DNA from: Patescibacteria group bacterium
GTDB taxonomy: Bacteria > Patescibacteriota > CPR2 > UBA1875 > CAIMLA01
Length of the DNA: 50,871 nucleotides
Assembly: GCA_028718325.1 (NCBI GenBank)
Contig: JAQUMB010000002.1
Span: forward strand, 1 to 50,871
Direction: 5' to 3'
A program made the translations under genes and the position numbers. This document shows, in pieces, positions 20,317 through 31,618 of the stretch. Positions within the stretch are counted from its first letter, which is position 1; each line of letters opens with the position of its first letter. The notes under the pieces were generated by a model. That model ran no database searches, was not told where the DNA came from, and saw only the letters and a program-made list of their open reading frames with translations.

Positions 20317-22076
20317 TGAAGATTAAACGTTTTGGTATTAAATCTCGTTTAATACTGAAAAAATTTGTACTTGATATTAAACGCTCACATCTAAAGGATC
20401 TGCGAAATAGAATTTTAGTATACTTCAAAAAACTTCCTGACGTGGTTCATCTAAGGAATCTTATTTTATTTAGTGCTATTCTTTCCTTCATAATTATGGT
20501 CATGTTTTTTCAGCGATTTTCTGCTTTGCATGATTATTATCAAGTTAAATCTCCTGATTACGGAGGGATTTATACAGAAGGAGTGGTGGGTGATATTGAG
20601 AAAATAAACCCACTATTTGTCAAAAACTATGCAGAGGCATCAGCCAATAGATTAGTTTTTTCTGGTTTGACAAGGGTCATGCCAGACAATAAAATCATCC
20701 CTGATCTAGCCGAGAAGTGGGATATAAAAGACAATGGGAAAACCTATGTCTTTACTCTTAGAAAAAACGCTAAATGGCATGACAACCAAGCATTAACAGT
20801 TGATGATGTTATTTTTACGATAAATCTAATACAAAACCCAGATACAAGAACAAGTCAATCAGCAGTCTGGCAAAATATAAAGGCTGAGAAAATTGATAAT
20901 CAAAAGCTGAAAATTACTTTGCCTAATGTTTACAGTAACTTTTTAGAAGTGGCTTCCCAACCAATATTGCCGGAGCACCTTCTCAAAGAAACTGACCCAA
21001 GCAGCATAAAAATATCTGAGTTTAATCTAAAACCAATAGGTTCGGGACCGTATAAATTTGTCCGTTTTGATCAAGCAGGAAATGAGGTCAAGATTATTTT
21101 CAAAGCAAATGAAAATTTTCAGCCGCATAAGCCGTATATTGATCAAGTGAATCTTCGTCTTTACGATAATTTTAACAATTTATACAATGGAATCTTAAGA
21201 AAACAAGTAAATAGTGTAACTCAAATTCCGAGCAACAAGGCATCAGAAATTAGGAAAATTGGATCAATGAAGCTTTATGATTTTTATTTACCTCGTTATA
21301 AGTTAATCGACCTAAACCTCAAAAATAGTTTACTAGCGCAAAAGGAGATTAGGAAAGCAATCAGCCAAGCCATCAACCGAACGGATGTAATAGACAAGGT
21401 ATTAAATGGCCAAGCAATGCCAGCATATGCACCTATTCTGCCCGGGCAAGAAGGCTACAATCCGGCCTTGAATAAAAATTCTTATAATTTAGCATCAGCA
21501 AATGATGTCCTTGAAAAGCTTGGCTGGATAAAAGAAAAAGATGGGATCAGGGTCAAGGATGGAAAAAGATTGTCATTACGTTTCGTAGCGGCAAATGAAA
21601 CAGAAAACAGGAATGTAATGGAGGTTGTCAAAAAACAACTAAACAGTATCGGAGTGGAAGTAAATACTTCATTAGTTGAGAGCGATTTGCTTCAAGCTGA
21701 ATATATAAGACCTAGAAATTTTGATTTGATTTTGTTTGGTCAGAACACGGGATCAGAATCAGACCTATACAGTTTTTGGCATTCGAGCCAAATAAATGAT
21801 CCTGGTCTAAATCTAAGTGGCTTTAATGACAGGAGAGTTGACAAACTCATAGAGTTGGGTCGTAAGAGTAACAACACTAAAATAAAAAATGATAAATATA
21901 ATCAAGCCCAGGAGATAATTGTAGAGGAAACTCCAGCGATTTATCTTTATAATCCCGTTTATACGATGGCAGTCACTGGTAACATTAAGAACTTTTTCCA
22001 GGGCAAAATTTTTGACCCAGTTGATCATTTGAACAATATTTTCGATTGGTATATCAACGAAAAAGCTAAATTATAA
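20316..22076 (+). CDS. ABC-transporter family-5 (peptide/nickel type) substrate-binding protein with an N-terminal TM anchor
   Basis: SBP_bac_5-like features (PDLAEKWDIKDNGKTYVFTLRKNAKWHD, GSGPYKF). There are about 45 basic residues ahead of the TM helix. No permease or ATPase gene is adjacent. Confidence 0.8.
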   Translation: MKIKRFGIKSRLILKKFVLDIKRSHLKDLRNRILVYFKKLPDVVHLRNLILFSAILSFIIMVMFFQRFSALHDYYQVKSPDYGGIYTEGVVGDIEKINPLFVKNYAEASANRLVFSGLTRVMPDNKIIPDLAEKWDIKDNGKTYVFTLRKNAKWHDNQALTVDDVIFTINLIQNPDTRTSQSAVWQNIKAEKIDNQKLKITLPNVYSNFLEVASQPILPEHLLKETDPSSIKISEFNLKPIGSGPYKFVRFDQAGNEVKIIFKANENFQPHKPYIDQVNLRLYDNFNNLYNGILRKQVNSVTQIPSNKASEIRKIGSMKLYDFYLPRYKLIDLNLKNSLLAQKEIRKAISQAINRTDVIDKVLNGQAMPAYAPILPGQEGYNPALNKNSYNLASANDVLEKLGWIKEKDGIRVKDGKRLSLRFVAANETENRNVMEVVKKQLNSIGVEVNTSLVESDLLQAEYIRPRNFDLILFGQNTGSESDLYSFWHSSQINDPGLNLSGFNDRRVDKLIELGRKSNNTKIKNDKYNQAQEIIVEETPAIYLYNPVYTMAVTGNIKNFFQGKIFDPVDHLNNIFDWYINEKAKL

Positions 22077-22098
22077 AAAATTGATTCTTAACTGACTT

Positions 22099-22185
22099 TG
22101 GTGCCCGAGGCGGGACTCGAACCCGCAAGATGTTGCCATCAACGGATTTTAAGTCCGTCGCGTATACCAATTCCGCCACCCGGGC
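22099..22185 (-). tRNA. tRNA-Leu (anticodon UAA), CCA encoded
   Basis: Hand-folded from the reverse complement GCCCGGGTGGCGGAATTGGTATACGCGACGGACTTAAAATCCGT...GGGCACCA. The anticodon loop is CTTAAAA and the variable arm is long. Confidence 0.93.
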
Positions 22186-22253
22186 CTTTCACTGTATTCA
22201 GGGTGAACTGTACTAAAGCAAGCTTACATTGAGACCAAATTAATCGGTCGAAA

Positions 22254-22327
22254 TGGAGGCGTCGCCGGGATTCGCACCCGGGTAGACGGTTTTGCAGACC
22301 GTTGCCTAACTCCTCGGCCACGACGCC
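22254..22327 (-). tRNA. tRNA-Cys (anticodon GCA), CCA encoded
   Basis: Reverse complement GGCGTCGTGGCCGAGGAGTTAGGCAACGGTCTGCAAAACCGT...CGACGCCTCCA. The anticodon loop is CTGCAAA and the discriminator is U73. Confidence 0.93.
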
Positions 22328-22383
22328 TTATTATGTGTACTTGGCTCGAGTTTAAGCGTTATGTAGCACTTCGTCATTGAAAA

Positions 22384-22459
22384 TGGAGCGAGAGACGGGG
22401 TTCGAACCCGCGACCTCAACCTTGGCAAGGTTGCGCTCTACCAGCTAAGCTACTCTCGC
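22384..22459 (-). tRNA. tRNA-Gly (anticodon GCC), CCA encoded
   Basis: Reverse complement GCGAGAGTAGCTTAGCTGGTAGAGCGCAACCTTGCCAAGGTTG...CTCTCGCTCCA. The anticodon loop is TTGCCAA. Confidence 0.93.
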
Positions 22460-22573
22460 ACGTCAGCATTTGCTGACGTATTTCGTAGGTTGACTAGCAT
22501 CAACTACTTCATACTTTCGCAAAGCTTCCTTTTTCTCAAAAATCCTTCGATTTTTTGGGAGCCAAAATATATT

Positions 22574-22649
<76 letters not shown>

Positions 22650-22791
22650 ACGTCAGAATTCTCTTTATGTTCTCGCAAGTTTTCAACTTACTGTGGTTCT
22701 TCCTTTTCCGACAAAATCAGAAGCATTTTGTCGGGTAATCTAATTTTAAAGGATTTCTTTGAAATTCTCAAAAACTATTTACAAGAAACAA

Positions 22792-22868
22792 TGGTGGGCG
22801 ATGAGGGATTCGAACCCCCGACCCTCTCGGTGTAAACGAGATGCTCTAGCCAGCTGAGCTAATCGCCC
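22792..22868 (-). tRNA. tRNA-Val (anticodon UAC), CCA encoded
   Basis: Reverse complement GGGCGATTAGCTCAGCTGGCTAGAGCATCTCGTTTACACCGAGA...ATCGCCCACCA. The anticodon loop is TTTACAC. Confidence 0.93.
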
Positions 22869-22912
22869 GAAACTTTCATTATTTAGGAGATAAACGATGT
22901 AGGTTTGCGAAA

Positions 22913-22999
22913 TGGTGCGGACGAGAGGACTCGAACCTCCAAGACCTTACGGCCACTAGCCCCTCATGCTAGCGCGTATACCAATTCCGCCACGTCCGC
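22913..22999 (-). tRNA. tRNA-Leu (anticodon GAG), CCA encoded
   Basis: Reverse complement GCGGACGTGGCGGAATTGGTATACGCGCTAGCATGAGGGGCTAG...CGTCCGCACCA. The anticodon loop is ATGAGGG and the variable arm is long. Confidence 0.92.
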
Positions 23000-23039
23000 T
23001 TATGACTTTTTTACAAAAAAAGCGCTTAAACGCTAGAAC

Positions 23040-23068
23040 ATTATAAAAGTTAAACTTGGTTTAGTCAA
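23040..23068 (-). promoter_or_regulatory. Consensus sigma70 promoter driving the six-tRNA cluster
   Basis: The minus strand reads TTGACT (23068-23063), 17 nt, TATAAT (23045-23040), about 40 nt upstream of tRNA-Leu(GAG). Confidence 0.6.
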
Positions 23069-23118
23069 TCTTAACTTTACTGTTAATTATCAAGTTTTGG
23101 TTGTATAATGTATGAGCT

Positions 23119-23583
23119 ATGGAAGAGAAAGAAAAAAAGAGCAAAGAAGTAACAAATCTTTCAAACGAATTCCAGAAAGAGATTAAAGAGCGGAAAAAAA
23201 CAAGCAACTGGCTTGCCATAAGTTCAGTAGCAATCATTAGCTTGATTGTTCTGGGCTCGCTTGCTATCGGAGCTTATGAAATCTTCCTCAAACCCGAGAA
23301 GATAGTCAACAAAAACAATACCGAAAAAATTGAATCTAGGCCGACAGAGGATAAGGGGAAGGTCGATGACAAGAAAGTCCAAACAACCGCACCAGCTGCA
23401 ACCGCTCCCTCAACACCGACACCAACGGCAGTAGGGACAGAAGAATACACAATTGTTGATGGCGATAATCTAGGTTCGATTGCTACAAAATATGGGACAA
23501 CAGTAGAAAAACTTAAGTCAGCTAATAACATTCAAGACGAAACATTGCTTCAAATAGGGCAGAAAATTAAAATAGTTAAGTAA
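23119..23583 (+). CDS. LysM-domain protein with an N-terminal TM anchor
   Basis: C-terminal LysM (YTIVDGDNLGSIATKYGTTVEKLKSANNIQDETLLQIGQKIKI), a TM helix (LAISSVAIISLIVLGSLAIGAY) and a Pro/Thr/Ala linker. Confidence 0.85.
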   Translation: MEEKEKKSKEVTNLSNEFQKEIKERKKTSNWLAISSVAIISLIVLGSLAIGAYEIFLKPEKIVNKNNTEKIESRPTEDKGKVDDKKVQTTAPAATAPSTPTPTAVGTEEYTIVDGDNLGSIATKYGTTVEKLKSANNIQDETLLQIGQKIKIVK

Positions 23584-23596
23584 GAAAGGAGAAAAT

Positions 23597-24142
23597 ATGT
23601 TTTTATGGATTATCTTAGGAATAGTAGTAATAATAGCCATCTTTGTGATAGCTACCTATAATGGTTTAATCAGACTGAAAAATCGAGTCCAAGAAGCAGA
23701 GAGTGATATCGATGTCCAGCTAAAGCGTCGATATGAATTAATTCCTAACCTTGTAGAAACCGTGAAGGGCTATGCCAAGCATGAAAAAGAATTGTTTGAA
23801 AAAGTAACCAGGGAGAGAGCTAATCTAGTCAAAGGTTCAACAGGTGATAAAATAGAAGCCAGCAACCAATTAACTGATACACTAAAATCTATTTTTGCCG
23901 TCGCTGAAAATTACCCTGATCTGAAGGCTAATCAGAATTTCTTACAACTTCAGAGCGATTTAACAGATACCCAAGATAAGATTATGGCAGCACAAAGATT
24001 TTATAACGGTAATGTCCGTGACTTTAACACAAAAATCCAGGTCTTTCCAACTAATCTTTATGCAAAGATGCTCGGCTTTAGTCAATTTGCCTTTATCGAA
24101 GCAGAAGAAACAGAAAAGGCCAACGTTGACGTAAAATTCTAA
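23597..24142 (+). CDS. lemA: LemA family protein
   Basis: N-terminal TM helix followed by YNGLIRLKNRVQEAESDIDVQLKRRYELIPNLVETVKGYAKHE. Confidence 0.9.
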   Translation: MFLWIILGIVVIIAIFVIATYNGLIRLKNRVQEAESDIDVQLKRRYELIPNLVETVKGYAKHEKELFEKVTRERANLVKGSTGDKIEASNQLTDTLKSIFAVAENYPDLKANQNFLQLQSDLTDTQDKIMAAQRFYNGNVRDFNTKIQVFPTNLYAKMLGFSQFAFIEAEETEKANVDVKF

Positions 24143-24148
24143 TTGATT

Positions 24149-25042
24149 ATGGCAACTGCTTATACGTATGCCAGCTCTAATAAGTTAAAATCTTGGCTTT
24201 GGCTAGTTGCTTTTGTTGTTTTTATTGTCCTTCTTGGCTATGTTTTTGCAAAAGCTTTCAACCTTCAGTGGCTGCTACCTCTTGCTGTAACAATAGCCAT
24301 TGTCCAATCGATATCTTCTTATTGGTGGAGCGATAAAATCGTTTTATCGATCTCTAGGGCGAAAGAAATCGATAAAAAAACCAATCAACAACTCTATAGA
24401 CTAGTTGAAAATTTGTCGATTACTGCTGGGCTGCCAATGCCGAGACTATATATTATCACTGACACAGCTCCAAATGCCTTTGCTACTGGCCGCGATCCAA
24501 ATCATGCTGTAATTTGTGTGACCCAGGGACTTTTAGACAAGCTTGATAAACAAGAGCTTGAGGGAGTCTTGGCTCACGAATTCTCCCATATTGGCAATTA
24601 TGACATTCGCCTCCAAACAATCATTGTTGTTTTAGTAGGCTTGGTTGCACTTCTCTCTGACTGGTTTATCTATTTGAATTTCTTTAGTGACGATGACAAT
24701 GGCGGGAATAGCGTTTTTGCACTCATTGGCATAGTTTTGGCAATTCTTTCACCATTAATTGCCGGTTTGATCCAAATGGCTATCTCAAGAAAAAGAGAAT
24801 TTTTAGCTGATGCCAGTGGAGCACTTTTAACTAGAAACCCTGATGGGTTAGCTAGGGCGCTTGAAGATATCTCAAAGGATAAGGAGCCGCTTGAGGTTGC
24901 TAATAAAGCAACTGCTCATATGTATATTACGAACCCGTTGAAGGATCATAAGGAATCTAGGCGTAATAAGTTCTCTAGTCTTTTTGATACTCATCCAGCC
25001 GTAGAAGAAAGAATAGATGCTCTACGAAACATGGCATTATAA
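24149..25042 (+). CDS. htpX: M48-family zinc metalloprotease HtpX-like
   Basis: HEFSHIGNYD (HExxH), multiple TM segments and the usual pairing with lemA. The ORF track starts at TTG 24143; the ATG at 24149 is more likely. Confidence 0.88.
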   Translation: MATAYTYASSNKLKSWLWLVAFVVFIVLLGYVFAKAFNLQWLLPLAVTIAIVQSISSYWWSDKIVLSISRAKEIDKKTNQQLYRLVENLSITAGLPMPRLYIITDTAPNAFATGRDPNHAVICVTQGLLDKLDKQELEGVLAHEFSHIGNYDIRLQTIIVVLVGLVALLSDWFIYLNFFSDDDNGGNSVFALIGIVLAILSPLIAGLIQMAISRKREFLADASGALLTRNPDGLARALEDISKDKEPLEVANKATAHMYITNPLKDHKESRRNKFSSLFDTHPAVEERIDALRNMAL

Positions 25043-25053
25043 ATCAACGTAAA

Positions 25054-25078
25054 AGAAGCCTCTTCGGGCTTCTTTTTT
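25054..25078 (+). terminator. Rho-independent terminator after htpX
   Basis: GAAGCC-tcttcg-GGCTTC followed by TTTTTT. Confidence 0.7.
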
Positions 25079-25089
25079 GGTATAATTAA

Positions 25090-27081
<1,992 letters not shown>

Positions 27082-27125
27082 TTCTTGGCTAAATCAAGCA
27101 TAAATGTTATACTATGAGCATTATT

Positions 27126-27419
27126 ATGAAAGAAATTTCGATACAGCAGGTGGAAGATCTCGCTAAGTTGGCTCGGTTGGGGTTAACCGAGCAAGAAAAA
27201 ACGTCAATCGCAAAAGAAATGACGGAAATTTTGAATTACGCTCAATCTCTTAATGAGGTGAATACAGAAAATGTACAACCAACAAACCAAGTGACGGGGC
27301 TAGATAATGTTTTTAGAATTGATCAAAAGATTGATTCTGATATTCCTATTGAATCAAGACTTGGTAACACCCCAAGCGTAGAAGACAATTTTATTAAAGT
27401 AAAAAAAGTACTGGATTAG
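27126..27419 (+). CDS. gatC: Asp/Glu-tRNA amidotransferase subunit C
   Basis: MKEISIQQVEDLAKLARLGLTEQE is a typical GatC N-terminus. The ORF opens at 27114, directly after a TATACT box. Confidence 0.88.
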   Translation: MKEISIQQVEDLAKLARLGLTEQEKTSIAKEMTEILNYAQSLNEVNTENVQPTNQVTGLDNVFRIDQKIDSDIPIESRLGNTPSVEDNFIKVKKVLD

Positions 27420-27426
27420 GAAAGTT

Positions 27427-28893
27427 GTGACTGAAAACACTATAATTAAATTGAATAAAAAAATTGTACAAAACGAAGGATCACCAGTTCGTTTGTACCA
27501 GCAAGTTTTAAAAAAAATAGATAATATAGAGGATAGTCTAAATGCTTTTGTCACGATTACTCCGAAAGAGGGGCTAGCGCAGGCTCGAGAGTCAGAGAAA
27601 AGAGCTAAAGAAGGCAAATTGAAAAGTAAACTTGATGGTATTCCTGTTGGTATCAAAGACGTTTTTTGCACGAGACATATAAGGACAACCGCTTCCAGTA
27701 AAATGTTGGACGATTTTACTCCTGCTTATGATGCAACTGTGGTGAAAAAGTTAAAGGATGCCGGGATAGCAATCGTTGGGAAAAACAATTGTGATGCTTG
27801 GGCACATGGTGCTTCAACGGAAAACTCAGATTATGGGGTAACAAAAAATCCTTGGGATTTGACTAGAGTCTCTGGCGGTTCATCAGGTGGATCTGCTGCT
27901 GCTGTCGCGGCCGAGGAATGTATATTTTCGATAGGAAGTGATACGGGAGGCTCAATCCGTCAACCAGCTGCCTTTTGTGGGGTTGTCGGCCTTAAACCGA
28001 CCTATGGTCGAGTCTCTAGATATGGATTGATAGCAATGGGCTCATCATTAGATTGTGTAGGACCAATTACAAATACGACAGAAGATGCTGCTTTGGTGAT
28101 GGAAACTATTGCTGGCCGAGACGAAAAGGACGCCACAACTGTTGAGATTGAGGTTCCAAAATATACTGAAAAAATACAAAATTCTATCAGGGGTAAAAAA
28201 ATTGGTTGGGTTAAAGAATTTTTCCAAATGGGGGTTGATAAAGATATAACTGAGGCTATAGAAAAAGCTAAAAAAATATTTGAAATTTTGGGAGCTAAGT
28301 TTGTTGAGGTTGAATTACCGTATGCAAAGTACGGAATCCCTACCTATTATATTATTCAGACTGCTGAGGTAAGCTCAAACCTGGGACGTTATGATGGCAT
28401 AAAGTATGGATTTAATGCGAAAAACAGCGATAATCTGATTGAACATTATTTCAAATCTCGTGATGAGGGTTTTGGAGCAGAAGCAAAGCGGCGTATAATG
28501 CTCGGAACATTTGTCTTGTCTGCCGGTTATTATGATGCATATTATAATAAAGCAATGAAGGTGAGAACGTTGATTAAGAAAGACTTCAACAAAGCTTTAG
28601 ATAAAGTCGATGTGATATTATCACCGGTCACGCCGACAACGGCCTTTAAAATTGGAGAGAAGTCACAAGATCCCTTGCAAATGTATCTTGCAGATGTTTT
28701 TACGGCTTCAATAAATTTGGCCGGGAACCCGTCACTATCTTTACCATGCGGTTTTGATAAAAACAGACTACCGATCGGAATGCAAATAATCGGCAAACAC
28801 TTTGATGAGGAAAGTGTTTTAAATTTTGGATACCAATACGAAAAAGCTACAGAAAAAGAAATATGGAGACAATATAAGCCTGTAACCAGTTAA
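27427..28893 (+). CDS. gatA: Asp/Glu-tRNA amidotransferase subunit A
   Basis: Amidase signature GGSSGGSAAAVAA...GSDTGGSIRQPAAFCG. GTG start. Confidence 0.95.
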   Translation: MTENTIIKLNKKIVQNEGSPVRLYQQVLKKIDNIEDSLNAFVTITPKEGLAQARESEKRAKEGKLKSKLDGIPVGIKDVFCTRHIRTTASSKMLDDFTPAYDATVVKKLKDAGIAIVGKNNCDAWAHGASTENSDYGVTKNPWDLTRVSGGSSGGSAAAVAAEECIFSIGSDTGGSIRQPAAFCGVVGLKPTYGRVSRYGLIAMGSSLDCVGPITNTTEDAALVMETIAGRDEKDATTVEIEVPKYTEKIQNSIRGKKIGWVKEFFQMGVDKDITEAIEKAKKIFEILGAKFVEVELPYAKYGIPTYYIIQTAEVSSNLGRYDGIKYGFNAKNSDNLIEHYFKSRDEGFGAEAKRRIMLGTFVLSAGYYDAYYNKAMKVRTLIKKDFNKALDKVDVILSPVTPTTAFKIGEKSQDPLQMYLADVFTASINLAGNPSLSLPCGFDKNRLPIGMQIIGKHFDEESVLNFGYQYEKATEKEIWRQYKPVTS

Positions 28894-28929
28894 CAGCACG
28901 TTAGTAGAATGTTGTGATGAAAGGAACCA

Positions 28930-29688
28930 ATGGGAAAAGCACAAAAGCTGAAAGAACAGCGAAAAATTGTGAAATTGGAAAAAGAAAAACGCAAGAAAAA
29001 CCGCCGAAAGCTAATTTATCGAGGAATATTAGGACTATTTTTTGTGATTATTATTACTTCTGGGGTCTTCTTTGCAGCAACTTATGCAAAAACGAACTGG
29101 TTCAATCAAAAGAAGTCAGCGAACAATTCCGATCTGAAGGTTGACAAGGTAGCTAATTCACGGAAAACATATTCAAAAGTACCTGAGATGAAGATTGATT
29201 CAAATAAAAAATATATAGCACAAATTGAAACGAATAAAGGTTCTTTCAAGGCAGAACTCGATGCAAAAAATACGCCGATTACTGTTAACAATTTTGTTTT
29301 TCTTTCAAAAGAGAAGTTCTATGATGGCCTTACTTTTCATCGCATTGTTAAAGGCTTTATGATACAGGGAGGTGACCCGAAGGGAAATGGAACCGGGGAT
29401 CCAGGCTACAAATTTAACGACGAAAAAATCGTTGGTGATTACACGCCAGGGACATTAGCAATGGCAAACTCTGGCACGAACACAAACGGCTCACAATTTT
29501 TTGTTATGACCGGTGATTATTCTAGCGGGAAATTACCCAAAAATTATGTTATCTTTGGTAAAGTTATATCTGGGATGGAGGTGGTTCAAAAAATAGCGGC
29601 TATTCCTACCAACGATAACGGGCAAGGGGAACAATCAAAGCCCAAAGAAACAGTCACGATTAATAAGATATCTATCGAGGAAAGCTAA
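28930..29688 (+). CDS. Cyclophilin-type peptidyl-prolyl cis-trans isomerase, membrane-anchored
   Basis: FHRIVKGFMIQGGDP, GTLAMANSGTNTNGSQFF and an N-terminal basic segment plus TM helix. Confidence 0.92.
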   Translation: MGKAQKLKEQRKIVKLEKEKRKKNRRKLIYRGILGLFFVIIITSGVFFAATYAKTNWFNQKKSANNSDLKVDKVANSRKTYSKVPEMKIDSNKKYIAQIETNKGSFKAELDAKNTPITVNNFVFLSKEKFYDGLTFHRIVKGFMIQGGDPKGNGTGDPGYKFNDEKIVGDYTPGTLAMANSGTNTNGSQFFVMTGDYSSGKLPKNYVIFGKVISGMEVVQKIAAIPTNDNGQGEQSKPKETVTINKISIEES

Positions 29689-30135
29689 ATGTTCCAAACA
29701 ATCGTTGTCGTTTTTGCCGCATTTATCCTAGCATATATTCTAGCCTTGGCTGTTTTACGAAATAAGAATAAAAAGTTTTCGTTAGACAACCAATCAGTAA
29801 AATTGGATAAAATGTTTGTTCAAAATAAATGGACAGAAATTGAGCAAACATTTAGCCTTGGTGGCCCAAACCATTTCAAAACAAGTATTATGGAAGCAGA
29901 TAAACTGGTTGATTATGTTTTAAAATCAAAGAGAATCAAGGGTGAAACGTTTGGAGAAAGGTTAAAAAATGCCAAATCAAGATTTTCCAATTATTCTGAT
30001 TACAATAATCTTTGGTTTGCCCATAAGGTACGAAATAATATTGCTCATGAGACGACACATGATTTAAATTCAGCTGAAGCCAAAAGGGCAATGGAATATT
30101 ATAAGAAAGCTTTAAAAGAATTAGGGACAATGTAA
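29689..30135 (+). CDS. Membrane-anchored hypothetical protein with an Rx4H motif (HEPN/DUF4145-like); paralogue of 32142-32774
   Basis: N-terminal TM helix (IVVVFAAFILAYILALAVL) and a C-terminal helical domain containing LWFAHKVRNNIAHE. Confidence 0.55.
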   Translation: MFQTIVVVFAAFILAYILALAVLRNKNKKFSLDNQSVKLDKMFVQNKWTEIEQTFSLGGPNHFKTSIMEADKLVDYVLKSKRIKGETFGERLKNAKSRFSNYSDYNNLWFAHKVRNNIAHETTHDLNSAEAKRAMEYYKKALKELGTM

Positions 30136-31616
30136 TGGATAAATATGATATTGTTATTGGCCTAGAGATACATGCTCAGCTGCGAACAGAGAGTAAAATG
30201 TTTTGTACCTGCGATAATTATTCAGTGGGAGCTGGACCAAATAAAAATACCTGTCCAATTTGTCTTGGCATGCCGGGGATGTTGCCTGTACCGAATAAAA
30301 AAGCAATTGAATGGACTTATCTATTGGGAATGGCTTTAGGTGCGAAGGTGGCTGAGAAGTTTTGTTTTGAAAGAAAAAACTATTTTTATCCTGATTTGCC
30401 AAAAGCATATCAAATAACCTCGAGTACGATGCCTCCGATTATTGGGGGTAGCGTCGAGATCGACGATAACGATGTATTAAAAAAAATCAGGATCAATCAT
30501 GTTCATTTAGAGGAAGATGCGGGGAAATTGATTCATCCAAAAATAGGCGAATACAGTCTAGTTGATTTGAACCGAGCGGGAACTCCATTGCTTGAAATAG
30601 TTACTGAACCAGATTTAAGATCGCCGCGGGAAGCACGAATATTTGTCCAGGATTTACGGTCAATTTTACGTTATTTGGGAATTTCTGATGCTAACATGGA
30701 GCAAGGAAACTTAAGGTGTGATGCTAATATTTCTCTCAAGCCTCAAGGTCAAAAAGAGCTCGGTACAAAAGTGGAAGTTAAAAATATGAATTCGTTCAAA
30801 ATGATTGAACGGGCGCTGGAACATGAGGTTAAAAGGCAAGAGGAAATATTATCAGAGAACAAAAAAATTGTTCAAGAAACTCGGGGCTGGGATGACGCAA
30901 AGGGCAAAACCTTAGGACAGAGAAGCAAGGAAGAGGCTAATGATTATCGTTATTTCCCTGAACCTGATATCCCTTCGATTGAACCAAATAAAGATAACTC
31001 AATTGATTTGAAGGAGATCAAAAATTGGTTACCAGAGCTCCCTAAAGAGAAGCGAATTCGGTTTGAAACAGAATACTCTTTGTCCAAACAGGATGCTGAT
31101 AATTTGACTAGTGATCTTGACTTGGCTCGTTATTTTGAACAAACTCTGGCAGAAATACCACAAGTAGCGGGAAACGATGAGATCAAAAAACAAAAAGCAA
31201 AAAAGTTGGCAAATTGGCTTATCACCGAACTCTTGGCAAAGCTAAATGGTCAGGGTATAAGCATTTTGGATTGTAAAATAAAACATCAAAATTTCGCAGT
31301 ACTGATTGAAAAAATCGACTCGGGCAAGATCAGCGGTAAAATCGCCAAAGAAATTTTCTCTGAGATGTTTGTCTCTGGCAGGGGAGTTGAAGAAATTATC
31401 AAAGAAAAGGGTCTATCTCTAATCAGTGACGAGAAGGAAATTGAAACAATAATAAGAGCAGTCATTAGCGAAAACACAGCTTCGGTCCAAGATTATAAGT
31501 CAGGAAAAGAGAAAGCCTTTGGCTACTTGGTTGGCCAGGTCATGGCTAAAACAAAAGGCCAGGCCAATCCGCAGATTGTAAACAAGCTCTTAAAAGAATT
31601 TTTAGATAAGGAGTAG
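30135..31616 (+). CDS. gatB: Asp/Glu-tRNA amidotransferase subunit B
   Basis: IGLEIHAQL, NRAGTPLLEIVTEPD and a C-terminal YqeY-like tail. TAATG overlap with the upstream gene. Confidence 0.96.
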   Translation: MDKYDIVIGLEIHAQLRTESKMFCTCDNYSVGAGPNKNTCPICLGMPGMLPVPNKKAIEWTYLLGMALGAKVAEKFCFERKNYFYPDLPKAYQITSSTMPPIIGGSVEIDDNDVLKKIRINHVHLEEDAGKLIHPKIGEYSLVDLNRAGTPLLEIVTEPDLRSPREARIFVQDLRSILRYLGISDANMEQGNLRCDANISLKPQGQKELGTKVEVKNMNSFKMIERALEHEVKRQEEILSENKKIVQETRGWDDAKGKTLGQRSKEEANDYRYFPEPDIPSIEPNKDNSIDLKEIKNWLPELPKEKRIRFETEYSLSKQDADNLTSDLDLARYFEQTLAEIPQVAGNDEIKKQKAKKLANWLITELLAKLNGQGISILDCKIKHQNFAVLIEKIDSGKISGKIAKEIFSEMFVSGRGVEEIIKEKGLSLISDEKEIETIIRAVISENTASVQDYKSGKEKAFGYLVGQVMAKTKGQANPQIVNKLLKEFLDKE

Positions 31617-31618
31617 AA

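Noticed and set aside
23010-23032. Short hairpin AGCG-tttaag-CGCT plus a T7 run between the tRNA promoter and tRNA-Leu(GAG) on the minus strand
   Set aside because: A 4-bp stem is too weak for a convincing intrinsic terminator. A terminator between a promoter and its tRNA would need experimental support.
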